Shown here one piece after another: positions 9,732 through 18,187 of a stretch of 64,000 bases of DNA. This DNA comes from a virus (taxonomy: Duplodnaviria > Caudoviricetes). A program made the position numbers and the translations under genes. Within the stretch, counting starts at the first letter, position 1. Every line of letters begins with the position of its first letter. The notes under the pieces are model-generated. The model was not told the origin of the DNA, ran no database searches, and saw nothing but the letters and a program-made list of their open reading frames with translations. The stretch covers positions 1 through 64,000 of IMG/VR virus record IMGVR_UViG_2933088407_000001; one strand, written 5' to 3'.

Positions 9732-9791
9732 GGTCAGCTCCAGGAGCTAGTACTCGGCGGGGAGTTGGGTCCTCGCCTTGTCGGCTCTGCC

Positions 9792-9826
9792 AGCATGACA
9801 GTTTTCTGTGGTGATCGCAACAGAAA
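9792..9826 (-). promoter_or_regulatory. promoter with palindromic operator (copy 2)
   Basis: TTTCTGTGGTGATCGCAACAGAAA at 9803-9826; minus strand reads TTGCGA-17-CATGCT. Confidence 0.65.
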
Positions 9827-9896
9827 CTACGAATGGGCATGAGAAAGCCCCGACCCACCCCCCGGGCCGGGGCTCAATCACAGACGTCCATGCAGG

Positions 9897-10139
9897 TCAG
9901 CGCTGATGCGCCTCCGCCAACATCCGCTCGTACTCATCCCGCTGCACCAGCAGGACATCGGAGAAGCACACGTAATCCACTCTCCCGATGCGCTTCGTCA
10001 GGACCCCGTGGCGGTTGATCCAGCGCCTCAAGGTGCTCTGCGACGCCGGGTATCCGGTGTCCTTGAGCAGGAGGACGGCTTCCTTGAGGGTGACGAGGTC
10101 GCCGGTGACGGACTCTGGCGTGATGACGGACAGGGCCAT
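9897..10139 (-). CDS. small winged-HTH (excisionase/MerR-like) DNA-binding protein
   Basis: LVTLKEAVLLL...SQSTLRRWINR.G. Confidence 0.7.
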   Translation of the reverse strand: MALSVITPESVTGDLVTLKEAVLLLKDTGYPASQSTLRRWINRHGVLTKRIGRVDYVCFSDVLLVQRDEYERMLAEAHQR

Positions 10140-10250
10140 TGGCCACTACTCCCTTTTCGGGGGCCGTCGTTTTCGCAGCGCCGAGCCGGCCGAAACGGGT
10201 AATGCGGGTGTGGTGCAGCAGCAGTCGTGCCAGGTGGTGCGGGCAGTGCG

Positions 10251-10805
10251 TCAGGTCGCTGTCCGCCTCCGCTCTGCCTGGGTGGCGATGTGGTGGTGGG
10301 CGAGCTGGGACAGCGTCCATGTGCTGCGTCTACCCGCCGCGTCGGAGCAGTACCGGTTCACGCACGCCGCTCGCTGGGCGGGCCGGGACCAGAACAGTCC
10401 CCACGTCCGACAGGCAGGGCAGGCATGGCGGCGGATGACCTTCTCCTCCCCCGCCCGCAGTGCGTGCTCGAGGCCCTGCCGGTAAGCGAGCGCCTCATGG
10501 ACGCGGCGCCGGTCTTCGTCGAGCTGAGGGGTGGCGTCGACCATCCACTGGTAGATGCCCTCGTCGAGCGGTGCGGGCCCGGCTGCCGGGTTGGCGTCGC
10601 GTACGGCGGCGACGATTTCGGCGCGGGATGCCTCAAGGTGGTCGAGGAGCCCAAGGTCGATCGGGGCCGGCGCGTGGGCTGGTTTGGCGCGGCTGGGGCT
10701 CGTGTCGCCTTTGCGGGCGAGGGGCCCGGATATCTCTCGCAGGGTCCGCATGTGGGCCGCTGCTGTGGCGCTGGTGTCTGCGTTGCCCATATGGTCCCCA
10801 TCCAT
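10251..10805 (-). CDS. hypothetical protein with C-terminal zinc ribbon (start uncertain)
   Basis: APAPIDLGLLD ... CPACRTWGL ... CVNRYC. Confidence 0.6.
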   Translation of the reverse strand: MDGDHMGNADTSATAAAHMRTLREISGPLARKGDTSPSRAKPAHAPAPIDLGLLDHLEASRAEIVAAVRDANPAAGPAPLDEGIYQWMVDATPQLDEDRRRVHEALAYRQGLEHALRAGEEKVIRRHACPACRTWGLFWSRPAQRAACVNRYCSDAAGRRSTWTLSQLAHHHIATQAERRRTAT

Positions 10806-11021
10806 CTGCCTGCGGCCTGGGGGCGCACTGGGGGCAGGTGGGGCTGCGTGCATGCGCCGTGGCCGGAGCTGATCACTCCCGGTTAGCGTCCGGATGCTCA
10901 ATGATGGCACGAGTTAGTCGCGTATTGAACGGCTTCGGGCAAGTCCGCAGGTGGGCGAAAATGTTGATGCGAAACGGTCACAAAGGGTGGATCTATAGGG
11001 GTTACTGACGCCCTGAAGGGG

Positions 11022-11402
11022 TTACAGAGCGTCGGGCGCGTTGCACGCCGCGAGGAGCATGTTGCGCGGGGCGTCGAGGGCTCCGTCGGGGACGGTGCCT
11101 CGGGCGTGCGCCCCCTCGAGGAAGCTGATCGCCAGGTGCAGGGCGATGCGGTAGGCCTCCGCTGTCGCCGGGTCCGTGAGCGTCCGGTCGAACTCCTGGT
11201 ACAGGGCCTCGGCGTGCGCGGCGAGGCGTTCCAGTGCCGGGTCGGACGGTTGGGTGGCCACCCTCAAAGTGTCGCCGCTGCGGCGTCGCCTGGTGCGCCG
11301 GTGGAGGTCGATCACGTCGGCATCCGCGGTTGCCACGGTCGTGATGGCGGTGGGCGGGAGTGTGGGCGGTGGCGTGGTGCCGGCCGCCTCAGGTCCGGGC
11401 AT
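11022..11402 (-). CDS. hypothetical protein
   Basis: GGAG RBS upstream of MPGPEA; helical C-terminal half. Confidence 0.55.
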   Translation of the reverse strand: MPGPEAAGTTPPPTLPPTAITTVATADADVIDLHRRTRRRRSGDTLRVATQPSDPALERLAAHAEALYQEFDRTLTDPATAEAYRIALHLAISFLEGAHARGTVPDGALDAPRNMLLAACNAPDAL

Positions 11403-11995
11403 GGGCTCTCCACTCGGCAGCGTTGGGAAGGGAGGTCGGTCGGGCCTGGTGCTGCCGGAGACCGGGCCAGAGTGCCACTGTGACACCAAAGCGGGCCGAC
11501 AGGTTAGGTGGGGCTCAGTATTTGGCACGTCTGTGACTACGCAGGCGACGGATTCCGGCCGCCGACGGTCCGCGGGTATGAGAACGCCCCCGGCTGTGCG
11601 GTGGCCGGAGTTTTGCCGACAACAGCTACCGCAGCGCCGGGGGCGCGAGACCTCAGGGCGTGGCCCGTCAGTGACGGCAGTCTAGCCCGGATACGGTTCA
11701 GGCTGGTCGGGCCCATCCCCCCTTTTTCGTCCAGCGCACGTGCGGGGTGGCGGGGTAGGGGCCGCTCCCCTACCGCGGCCGCCCGCCCCACCACGACAGG
11801 CAGCACCACCCAAGCAACCCGGGCTCGCCGCCGACGTGAAGGGGCCGGTCGGCTTGTCACTCGGGTGGGGGACGGAGAAACCCCGGCAGTCTGGCGTGAT
11901 CTGGATGGGTGGGGCGACCGGCCCGAAACGCAGAAAACGGCCCCGCTCCCCCACCGTGGCGGTGAGAGAACGGGGCCGCTTGGCGATCGGGCCCG

Positions 11996-13198
11996 TCAGG
12001 AGGACTCGGCGCCCTCCTTGGTCAGCTCTCGCAGCAGCGCGTGATACGCCTCGGGCTGGTGCTCTCGCATAGCAGCCATCCAAACGCGGCCACCCTGGGC
12101 GAAGGCATCGCTGGACATCTTCAGACGCAGATGCTGAACGACGTAGAAGGGCTCGTCGTATGGCAGCTGTCGCGGTTGACTGCCCTTGCCCGGCGTCGGC
12201 GTGGCCGCTTCACCGGCCTCTTCCCCCAGCTCCTGGCCCCCTGTCTCCTCGTCGGCCGAAGGGTTGGGCTCTCCAGAGCCTTGGCCTGCATCGGATGAAG
12301 GTTGGGCACCGGGATGATCACGCCGTGATAGTTGGGCTGGCACGTCGACAGGGGAGGCCTCTCCGCCGTTGTCGTCGCTCCCGCCACTTTTTAGCGCGCT
12401 AAAACTGGAACCGTCCGAGGCGGCTGACTCCGCAGATGGCCCCTCTCCCTTACCTGCCACAGGCGACTTCGGGGCAGCCCCGCCCGGATTCCCCTTGCTC
12501 TTCTTGGCTTCTTGGCGAGCCTTCTCCAGCTGCTCGCGGCGCACGAGCTCGACCCTCCACTCTGCAACCTGCTCACCGGCTGGCAGGCCAGCAATGCGGT
12601 ACCCCTCGCGTTGGGGCATCTCGCCACTGCTCACCAGCATCTGAAGGTCGGGAACCAACTTCAGCATCTTGCGCTGCTGACTGACCCACCCCGCAGACTT
12701 CCCGTAGTGCGCAGCGACAGCGCCAACACCGTCAAGCTCTTGAACCATGGTGTCGATACCGAGTGCCCGCTCGATCGGGTCCAGGTCATCGCGGTCGTTG
12801 TTCTCGGAGAGGACCGCATCGAGGAAGTCGGCTCTGGAGCTGGCAACCTCTTCCCGGTGGACGACCCATAGCTTCTCGAGCCCAACTTCCTTGCTGGCTC
12901 GATAGCGGCGCTCCCCGTTCGCAATGACGTAGCTGGCGTCACCAACCAGCTCGGCCTCGTCTGGCCAGAGCTTGAGGTATGCCGTCCGGGAGACGACGAC
13001 CGCTGGTTGCAGCTGCCGCTTCTTCAGGACCTCGCCGAACTCGCAGAGCTGTTCCTTGTTCCCGAAGTTCCGGCGAGGGTTGAACCGAGTGGGCACCAGC
13101 TTGGTCAAGGGCATGTGCAGCAGCGTCAGGTCGCTGCTGCCTGGGACTTCCTCGACCTGGTCGCCGGCCAGTGAGGCGAGGCTTGTACGGCGACCCAT
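11996..13198 (-). CDS. parB: ParB-family partition protein
   Basis: NPRRNF, LQPAVV, IANGERRYRA, SENNDRDDL and an HTH; TAATG coupling to parA. Confidence 0.92.
   Translation of the reverse strand: MGRRTSLASLAGDQVEEVPGSSDLTLLHMPLTKLVPTRFNPRRNFGNKEQLCEFGEVLKKRQLQPAVVVSRTAYLKLWPDEAELVGDASYVIANGERRYRASKEVGLEKLWVVHREEVASSRADFLDAVLSENNDRDDLDPIERALGIDTMVQELDGVGAVAAHYGKSAGWVSQQRKMLKLVPDLQMLVSSGEMPQREGYRIAGLPAGEQVAEWRVELVRREQLEKARQEAKKSKGNPGGAAPKSPVAGKGEGPSAESAASDGSSFSALKSGGSDDNGGEASPVDVPAQLSRRDHPGAQPSSDAGQGSGEPNPSADEETGGQELGEEAGEAATPTPGKGSQPRQLPYDEPFYVVQHLRLKMSSDAFAQGGRVWMAAMREHQPEAYHALLRELTKEGAESS
12389..12404. promoter_or_regulatory. candidate parS site (inside parB)
   Basis: Perfect palindrome TTTTAGCGCGCTAAAA. 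Confidence 0.7.
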
Positions 13199-13863
13199 TA
13201 GGCGGCGCCTCCGTAGCCGAGCTCAATGGCGAGGCGGTAGAAGTCTTCTCGCGCCTCCATGGAGACCCGGTTCTTCGGGTACTGGGTAACGACTCGGCCG
13301 TCGACGGATGCGCGGGTGTGGACCTTGTAGCGACGGATCACGGTCCGGGCTACGGGCCATCCCTTGGCTTCGATGTACGCCTGGGTGTCCTCGAGGTCGG
13401 CTTTGCCGTCGCGCGGGTCCCAGTTGTTGATGACGACGCGGTAGGGCAGGCCGGTGGGCTTGATGACGCGTTCGACGGTTCGGGCGGTGGGGTCGAAGGC
13501 CAGGCCTTCAGGGGGCATGGGCACCAGTACGTCGTCGGCGTACTTGAGGGCTTCGAGGAGGAGGTTCTCGTCCTGGAGGCTGCCCGGGGTGTCGATGAAG
13601 ACGTGTTCCAAGCCGCGGTCGCTGTGGGCAAGGACGTCCGCGACGACTGCTGCGAGGTTCATCGTCTTGGTGGTCTTGCCGACGCCGCCCTTCTGGTTGG
13701 CGATGACGTGGACCTTGGCCTTCGTGGTGGCGAGGGCAGCGAGGTTCTCGGGAGTCTCGTGCTCCTGAGAGAAGTCGAACGGCAGTTGGTCGCCGATTCG
13801 GTTGGCCCACCAGACGGTGGAGGCCTGTGGGTCGATGGATACGACGTAGACGCTGGAAGGCAT
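13198..13863 (-). CDS. parA: ParA-family ATPase with rearranged motif order
   Basis: ANQKGGVGKTT, SIDPQAS, VFIDTPG, ADDVLVP; directly upstream of parB. Confidence 0.92.
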   Translation of the reverse strand: MPSSVYVVSIDPQASTVWWANRIGDQLPFDFSQEHETPENLAALATTKAKVHVIANQKGGVGKTTKTMNLAAVVADVLAHSDRGLEHVFIDTPGSLQDENLLLEALKYADDVLVPMPPEGLAFDPTARTVERVIKPTGLPYRVVINNWDPRDGKADLEDTQAYIEAKGWPVARTVIRRYKVHTRASVDGRVVTQYPKNRVSMEAREDFYRLAIELGYGGAA

Positions 13864-13966
13864 GTGCTCTCCGTGTGATTCCCGTGTTCCGGTACTACGG
13901 ACAGGGCGAATCATCGCAGATGCACTGGTGGAGATCTTCTTTGGCGGTCTCTCGGAGTGGCGGTCG

Positions 13967-13984
13967 GTTTTAGCGCGCTAAAAC
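13967..13984. promoter_or_regulatory. candidate parS site
   Basis: Perfect palindrome GTTTTAGCGCGCTAAAAC upstream of parA. Confidence 0.75.
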
Positions 13985-14085
13985 GGCGAGGGCTCGGGGA
14001 CAAGCTGAGGTTCGCAACCGGACATCGGAGACCTAGATGCGACTCCAATTGGAGTCATCTCGGTGCCTCCCTGCCCTCGGCGCTC

Positions 14086-14103
14086 GATTTAGCGCGCTAA
14101 ATC
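14086..14103. promoter_or_regulatory. candidate parS site
   Basis: Perfect palindrome GATTTAGCGCGCTAAATC. Confidence 0.75.
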
Positions 14104-14163
14104 ATGCCGTGATGTGCCGTACGGCCAGGCCCATGGCACGGGCTCGGCGGAGGCAGTCCGCCG

Positions 14164-14955
14164 TCATGCCGTGCGTTGGAAGGCGGTGCGGATTTCGGGG
14201 ATGCTGCCAGCTTCACGGTCGGCCTTGTGTTCGCGGGCAAGGCGGCGGATGAGCTGGTCTCGTTCGGCGCGGTTCTTCGCCTCGAGGTCGTCGGCGAACC
14301 ACACGGCTTCGGCGTGCTCGTCGTCAGGCTCGCGGTGCGTGCGCATGGCCGCGGTCTGCCGTTCGGCGGCGGCCCGGGTGCGCTGCTGGACATCGGTCTC
14401 GGTTCGCGCGGTTGCCTTGATGGCTTCGAAGGCGGCGCGGTAGCCAGGGGACGCGGTGTCGCGGGTCTTAACCGGGCCTAGGGCCACTGGCTCTTGGGTG
14501 AGCTCCGGGGCTGCCGGCTGGCCGCTGCTGAGGGGGCCGACGCGCTCGAGGCGGATCGCCCGTACAGGGGCGCCCTGCTTCTGGAGGCTGGTGACGAGCT
14601 GCTGGCCGAACATGCGGAGGAAGCTGGCGGCCGCGTCGGAGGACGGCTTGAGGGTGAGGCAGCCGCGGGTCTTGTCGTAGGAGGTGGGCTCCACCTTCCC
14701 GCAGAGTTCGGTGGGGCAGAGCTCGTTCCAGCGGTCGCGGAGGCTGCTGCCCTTGATGCCGGTCTGCCAGTCCTGGTCGGTGCTGAGGGTTTCGACGACG
14801 CTACCGAGCCCTACGGGATCCCGCCCGGTCCCGCGTCGGACTATCCGGGGGCGCTTGGGATTGTTGGACTGTTTGTTGGCGGGGATGGCCCAGGTGGACT
14901 TCTTGTAGGCGGCGAGGGCTTCGCGGCAGATGTCCTTGCCGGACGGCTCAGGCAT
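14164..14955 (-). CDS. DciA/DUF721-like protein with C-terminal extension
   Basis: RDPVGLGSVV..L....W ... LRDRWNEL ... LTLKPSSDAAASFLR...QLV..L resembles actinobacterial DUF721. Confidence 0.65.
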   Translation of the reverse strand: MPEPSGKDICREALAAYKKSTWAIPANKQSNNPKRPRIVRRGTGRDPVGLGSVVETLSTDQDWQTGIKGSSLRDRWNELCPTELCGKVEPTSYDKTRGCLTLKPSSDAAASFLRMFGQQLVTSLQKQGAPVRAIRLERVGPLSSGQPAAPELTQEPVALGPVKTRDTASPGYRAAFEAIKATARTETDVQQRTRAAAERQTAAMRTHREPDDEHAEAVWFADDLEAKNRAERDQLIRRLAREHKADREAGSIPEIRTAFQRTA

Positions 14956-16333
14956 GGGCGGTCTCCTGTTCGGCCTGGTTGCGGTTGACTGCGGCGTTCG
15001 TGTAGAGCCGGCGGGCCTGGTGTTCGCCGATGAGGTCGATGGCGAGGCCGATGACGCTGGGGTCCTTGGCGGCGGCGGCGCGCATGTCGATGACCTCGTC
15101 GCGGGTCAGGTCTTCGAGTGCGACGATCGGGCTGTCGGCGGAGTACTCGCCGATGCATTCCTCGTCGGTGGCCGGGCGCGGCTGGGTACGGCGGAAGGCC
15201 TCTGCGACGAGCTCCTGGACGTGGGCGCTGGATGGGCCGGGGCCGAAGGTCTCGTACTGGGTGGCGTCGTGTTCGGCGCGGGTGGCCTGCCGGGATTCCC
15301 GCCACGCATTCAGGCATTCCTGCCGGGCCTGCGGGGTGCGGAGGATGCGGGTGGCGCCCTTGAGGCGGCGGGCGAGGACGCCGGTGGGGCGGCGCATGCC
15401 GTCGGCGGGGCCGAGGGCGAACTGGTCGAGGTAGGCGCGGGTCTCGTCTGCGGACCATCCGGCGTCGGCGACTTCGCGGGCTACCCATGCGACGCGGGCG
15501 GTGTTGGTGTTGCCGAGCCACGGGATGGTCTGGATGAGTTCCTGGGCGAGCTGGTAGCGGCGGCCGACGCGGTTGAGGGCACGACGGGCCCGCTGCTTAG
15601 GGATCTGGGGAGTGGGGGAATCGCTGGTCCCGCTGGCGAGCTTGTTCTCAGGGGGATAGGTAGATGTACCCGCAGAGGAAGAGCCAGAGGTACCACCCTG
15701 CATTGGGGTGCAACGGCCCTTCCGCGTCCGGCGAGTGCGGCGGGTCTTGCGGGCGGCCTTCTTCGACAGCTTTCCGAGCTCGTCGCGGTGCTCGGGTGCG
15801 GCGCCGACGATGCGGCGGGCGGGGCCTTCGCCGACGGTCCGGATGCCGTGTGCCTCGTCGTAGGCGAAGGGGACGACCCGCTCGTACACGGATGCCTGCG
15901 CGCCGACGCCGGAGACCCGGGTGCCTTTGGAGCGGTACGCCAGCAGCCCGGCTTCGCGGAGCATGCCCAGGTGGTATTCGACGGTCCGCTCGCTGGCTTT
16001 GAGGAGCCGCATGAGGAAGGCGATGCCGGGCCGGCACTCGGTGAGGTGGGCGAGGGTGCGGGCGAGGCGGAGGGTGGTGTCGTTCATGCTGCGGGGGCCG
16101 TGAGCGCTGCTGGGGGTGTAGCGCTTGTGCTTGGGGTCGGCGGCCCAGTGGACGGCCATGAGCCAGTCGTGCCCGTCGGTGATGCGGCCGGTGGTGGTGG
16201 AGACCCACTGATGGCTGGGTGCGACACGGAGTGCCGCGGCCGGGCCCTGGTTGCACTGTCCGGGGAGGGAAATCCGGGGCGAATCGCCTGTTTCGGCATC
16301 GCTGAGCTGACAAGAGGTGTGAACGTCGTGCAC
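14948..16333 (-). CDS. putative replication initiator (HTH); start uncertain
   Basis: CRPGIAFLMRLLKASERTVEYHLGMLREAGLL winged HTH; position beside dciA-like and parAB. Confidence 0.65.
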   Translation of the reverse strand: MHDVHTSCQLSDAETGDSPRISLPGQCNQGPAAALRVAPSHQWVSTTTGRITDGHDWLMAVHWAADPKHKRYTPSSAHGPRSMNDTTLRLARTLAHLTECRPGIAFLMRLLKASERTVEYHLGMLREAGLLAYRSKGTRVSGVGAQASVYERVVPFAYDEAHGIRTVGEGPARRIVGAAPEHRDELGKLSKKAARKTRRTRRTRKGRCTPMQGGTSGSSSAGTSTYPPENKLASGTSDSPTPQIPKQRARRALNRVGRRYQLAQELIQTIPWLGNTNTARVAWVAREVADAGWSADETRAYLDQFALGPADGMRRPTGVLARRLKGATRILRTPQARQECLNAWRESRQATRAEHDATQYETFGPGPSSAHVQELVAEAFRRTQPRPATDEECIGEYSADSPIVALEDLTRDEVIDMRAAAAKDPSVIGLAIDLIGEHQARRLYTNAAVNRNQAEQETAHA

Positions 16334-16560
16334 TATGTACTCGCTTCCGTCATTGCGGGAGGGCACGCAAAAGCCCCCTCGTGTGCGGGGGTGGGTGTCG
16401 GAACCCAGTCGCTCTGGTAGGAGCCGGTCGCCAAACCGGATCTGTCCCGGAGCCTTAGCCCGGTCGCCAAACCGGGCCGTTGCAGAAGGCCGCGCACGGT
16501 GCGCCAACACCAGCGGCCAGCGGTAGAGGAAGCCCCGAGGGGCAAGACCTCCCGCTAGGT
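16334..16560 (-). promoter_or_regulatory. structured rep leader with three TTGGCG-loop hairpins and an attenuator-like stem
   Basis: Hairpins at 16424-16439, 16458-16477 and 16498-16511; CCCCC..GGGGGCTTTT before the start. Confidence 0.55.
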
Positions 16561-16565
16561 AGGAC

Positions 16566-16913
16566 CTACGTCAATTGATCTCCATCAGTCGGTGGGGCAT
16601 TGCCCGGTGCGGTCCCGACGACCATGTACGTCGTGGTCTCGGCGACGATGCGCATCGGAATCTGAGGGAAGCGCTTCTTGAGCTGACGCATGCGCTTCTG
16701 GGTGTCCGCGATTTCCTCGGAGGCGCTGGACATCATGGTCCAGGCGTCAGCGTCCCAACCCTCGACGCGGTATCGCTGCGTCATGCGGTTGCCGAGGTAC
16801 CCGGGGCACTCATCGAGGCTGTCGCAGTGTTCGCAGCAGTCGCCAGGGCGGTGCTGGGTGGGGTCGACGTACGCCTGCTGCGGGGCGAGGTACTCCTCGC
16901 CGCCGGCGGTCAC
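16566..16913 (-). CDS. hypothetical protein
   Basis: 115 aa; CCEHC; GTGA overlap with an upstream small ORF. Confidence 0.55.
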   Translation of the reverse strand: MTAGGEEYLAPQQAYVDPTQHRPGDCCEHCDSLDECPGYLGNRMTQRYRVEGWDADAWTMMSSASEEIADTQKRMRQLKKRFPQIPMRIVAETTTYMVVGTAPGNAPPTDGDQLT

Positions 16914-17029
16914 GCGATGGTCTTGGTAGTGGTGACAGGGTCTCCGCTCGGGCCCGCCGGTGTGATCTTCACGGCGGTGGCTGGAGTCCCACTGTCTGAT
17001 AGCCCGGATCCCCGGGTACTCTGAGCCAT
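16910..17029 (-). CDS. 39-aa leader-type ORF
   Basis: GAAAGG RBS; MAQSTRGSG...KTIA; TGA overlaps the GTG of the next gene. Confidence 0.4.
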   Translation of the reverse strand: MAQSTRGSGLSDSGTPATAVKITPAGPSGDPVTTTKTIA

Positions 17030-17363
17030 ATCGCTGGCCTTTCGTAGCTGTGGCTGGCGGTGGCCGGGTTCGCCCCCGGCAACGGCCCCGCCTTGATCCC
17101 GGTTACCAGCCGGGGGAGCGGGGCCGCTCCATTTGTCTTGTGTGCGTCATCAGAACCTGAATGGTCGTCTGGCGCAGGCACCAGCCTACCGGTTGAACTG
17201 TTCACGCCTCCACCCTTCAGCAAGTCGTGTCGATAACTGTTGATTAGGTCGTATGACCAGCTCATCGGGTCATCCCTTCGGTGGGCCCGGTTGTCCTATA
17301 CTTTTGGGACGTAAATAACGGTGTCCAGCGCAGGTCAGCGGCCTGCGGCTTTGAACGACCGAA

Positions 17364-17759
17364 TCAGCCAGCACGAAGGAACTCCGTTTCTCCGGTGGTG
17401 GGTTGGGTGTCGGGTAGTTCCAGGATGTCTGCGTGTTTGCGGTCGGGGCTGTTGGATCGTGCGCGGCTTGCGGCGGTGCGGCAGCGGGGGCAGCGGCAGG
17501 CGTGGTTGATGTAGGTGCTGACGCGTCCGTGCGCGAGGCGTTCGGGGGCGAACCGCGCGGACCGGCCCACGGTCTTGGCGTCGGTGAGGGCAGCAGCGAA
17601 GGCGCGGTTACGGGCGGCGAGCTGACTGGGCGTCTTCCGCCCCACCCCGACCTTGGCTGCGGCTTCCCCGACGTGGACGCCGTCAGCGACGAGCCGCAGG
17701 AACTCCGCCTGCAGCGTCTCGTCGAAGACGACGGGCCGTCCCCGCCCCGCGGCGGTCAC
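17364..17759 (-). CDS. HTH protein with HG..STY.N..CRC..C zinc motif
   Basis: HVGEAAAKVGVGRKT; HGRVSTYINHACRCPRC. Confidence 0.7.
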   Translation of the reverse strand: MTAAGRGRPVVFDETLQAEFLRLVADGVHVGEAAAKVGVGRKTPSQLAARNRAFAAALTDAKTVGRSARFAPERLAHGRVSTYINHACRCPRCRTAASRARSNSPDRKHADILELPDTQPTTGETEFLRAG

Positions 17760-18187
17760 TGCTCGTCTCCCCACCAGGGCAGGTCCTCGTCGGTGTGCTG
17801 ACCGCGGCCGCACTGCGCGGCGGTGGCCACGCTGGCACCCATGGCCTGATAGCCGGCCTCGTCCAGGGCGTCCCGGAGCCGGTCCAGCATTGCGGGGTTC
17901 CACTGTGGCCGGAGCATGGCCTTGCCTGCCCAGATGCCGACGACCAGGGCCATGTTCCAGATCGCCTGCACCGCGTCCTCGGGTACGTCGGGGAACAGCG
18001 CGGTGGGCAGGCGGTCGGGGCGCCCGGCGTGGTTGAGGAGCCCTGCGTCGAGTACGCCGGCGATGACGGCGGCTGAGCGGAGGTTGCGATTGTGCAGCTG
18101 GGCGTCGACCGCGGCTACGTCCAGCGCGGGCGAGGGTGTGGTCCTGGCTGGGGCCGTGGGCGTGGGGAGTTGGGGGGTGGTGGTCAC
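17756..18187 (-). CDS. hypothetical protein
   Basis: GTGA overlaps at both ends. Confidence 0.6.
   Translation of the reverse strand: MTTTPQLPTPTAPARTTPSPALDVAAVDAQLHNRNLRSAAVIAGVLDAGLLNHAGRPDRLPTALFPDVPEDAVQAIWNMALVVGIWAGKAMLRPQWNPAMLDRLRDALDEAGYQAMGASVATAAQCGRGQHTDEDLPWWGDEQ

Noticed and set aside
15590-15730. Lambda-like iteron origin inside rep
   Set aside because: The linker is compositionally distinct but no convincing repeated iterons were found
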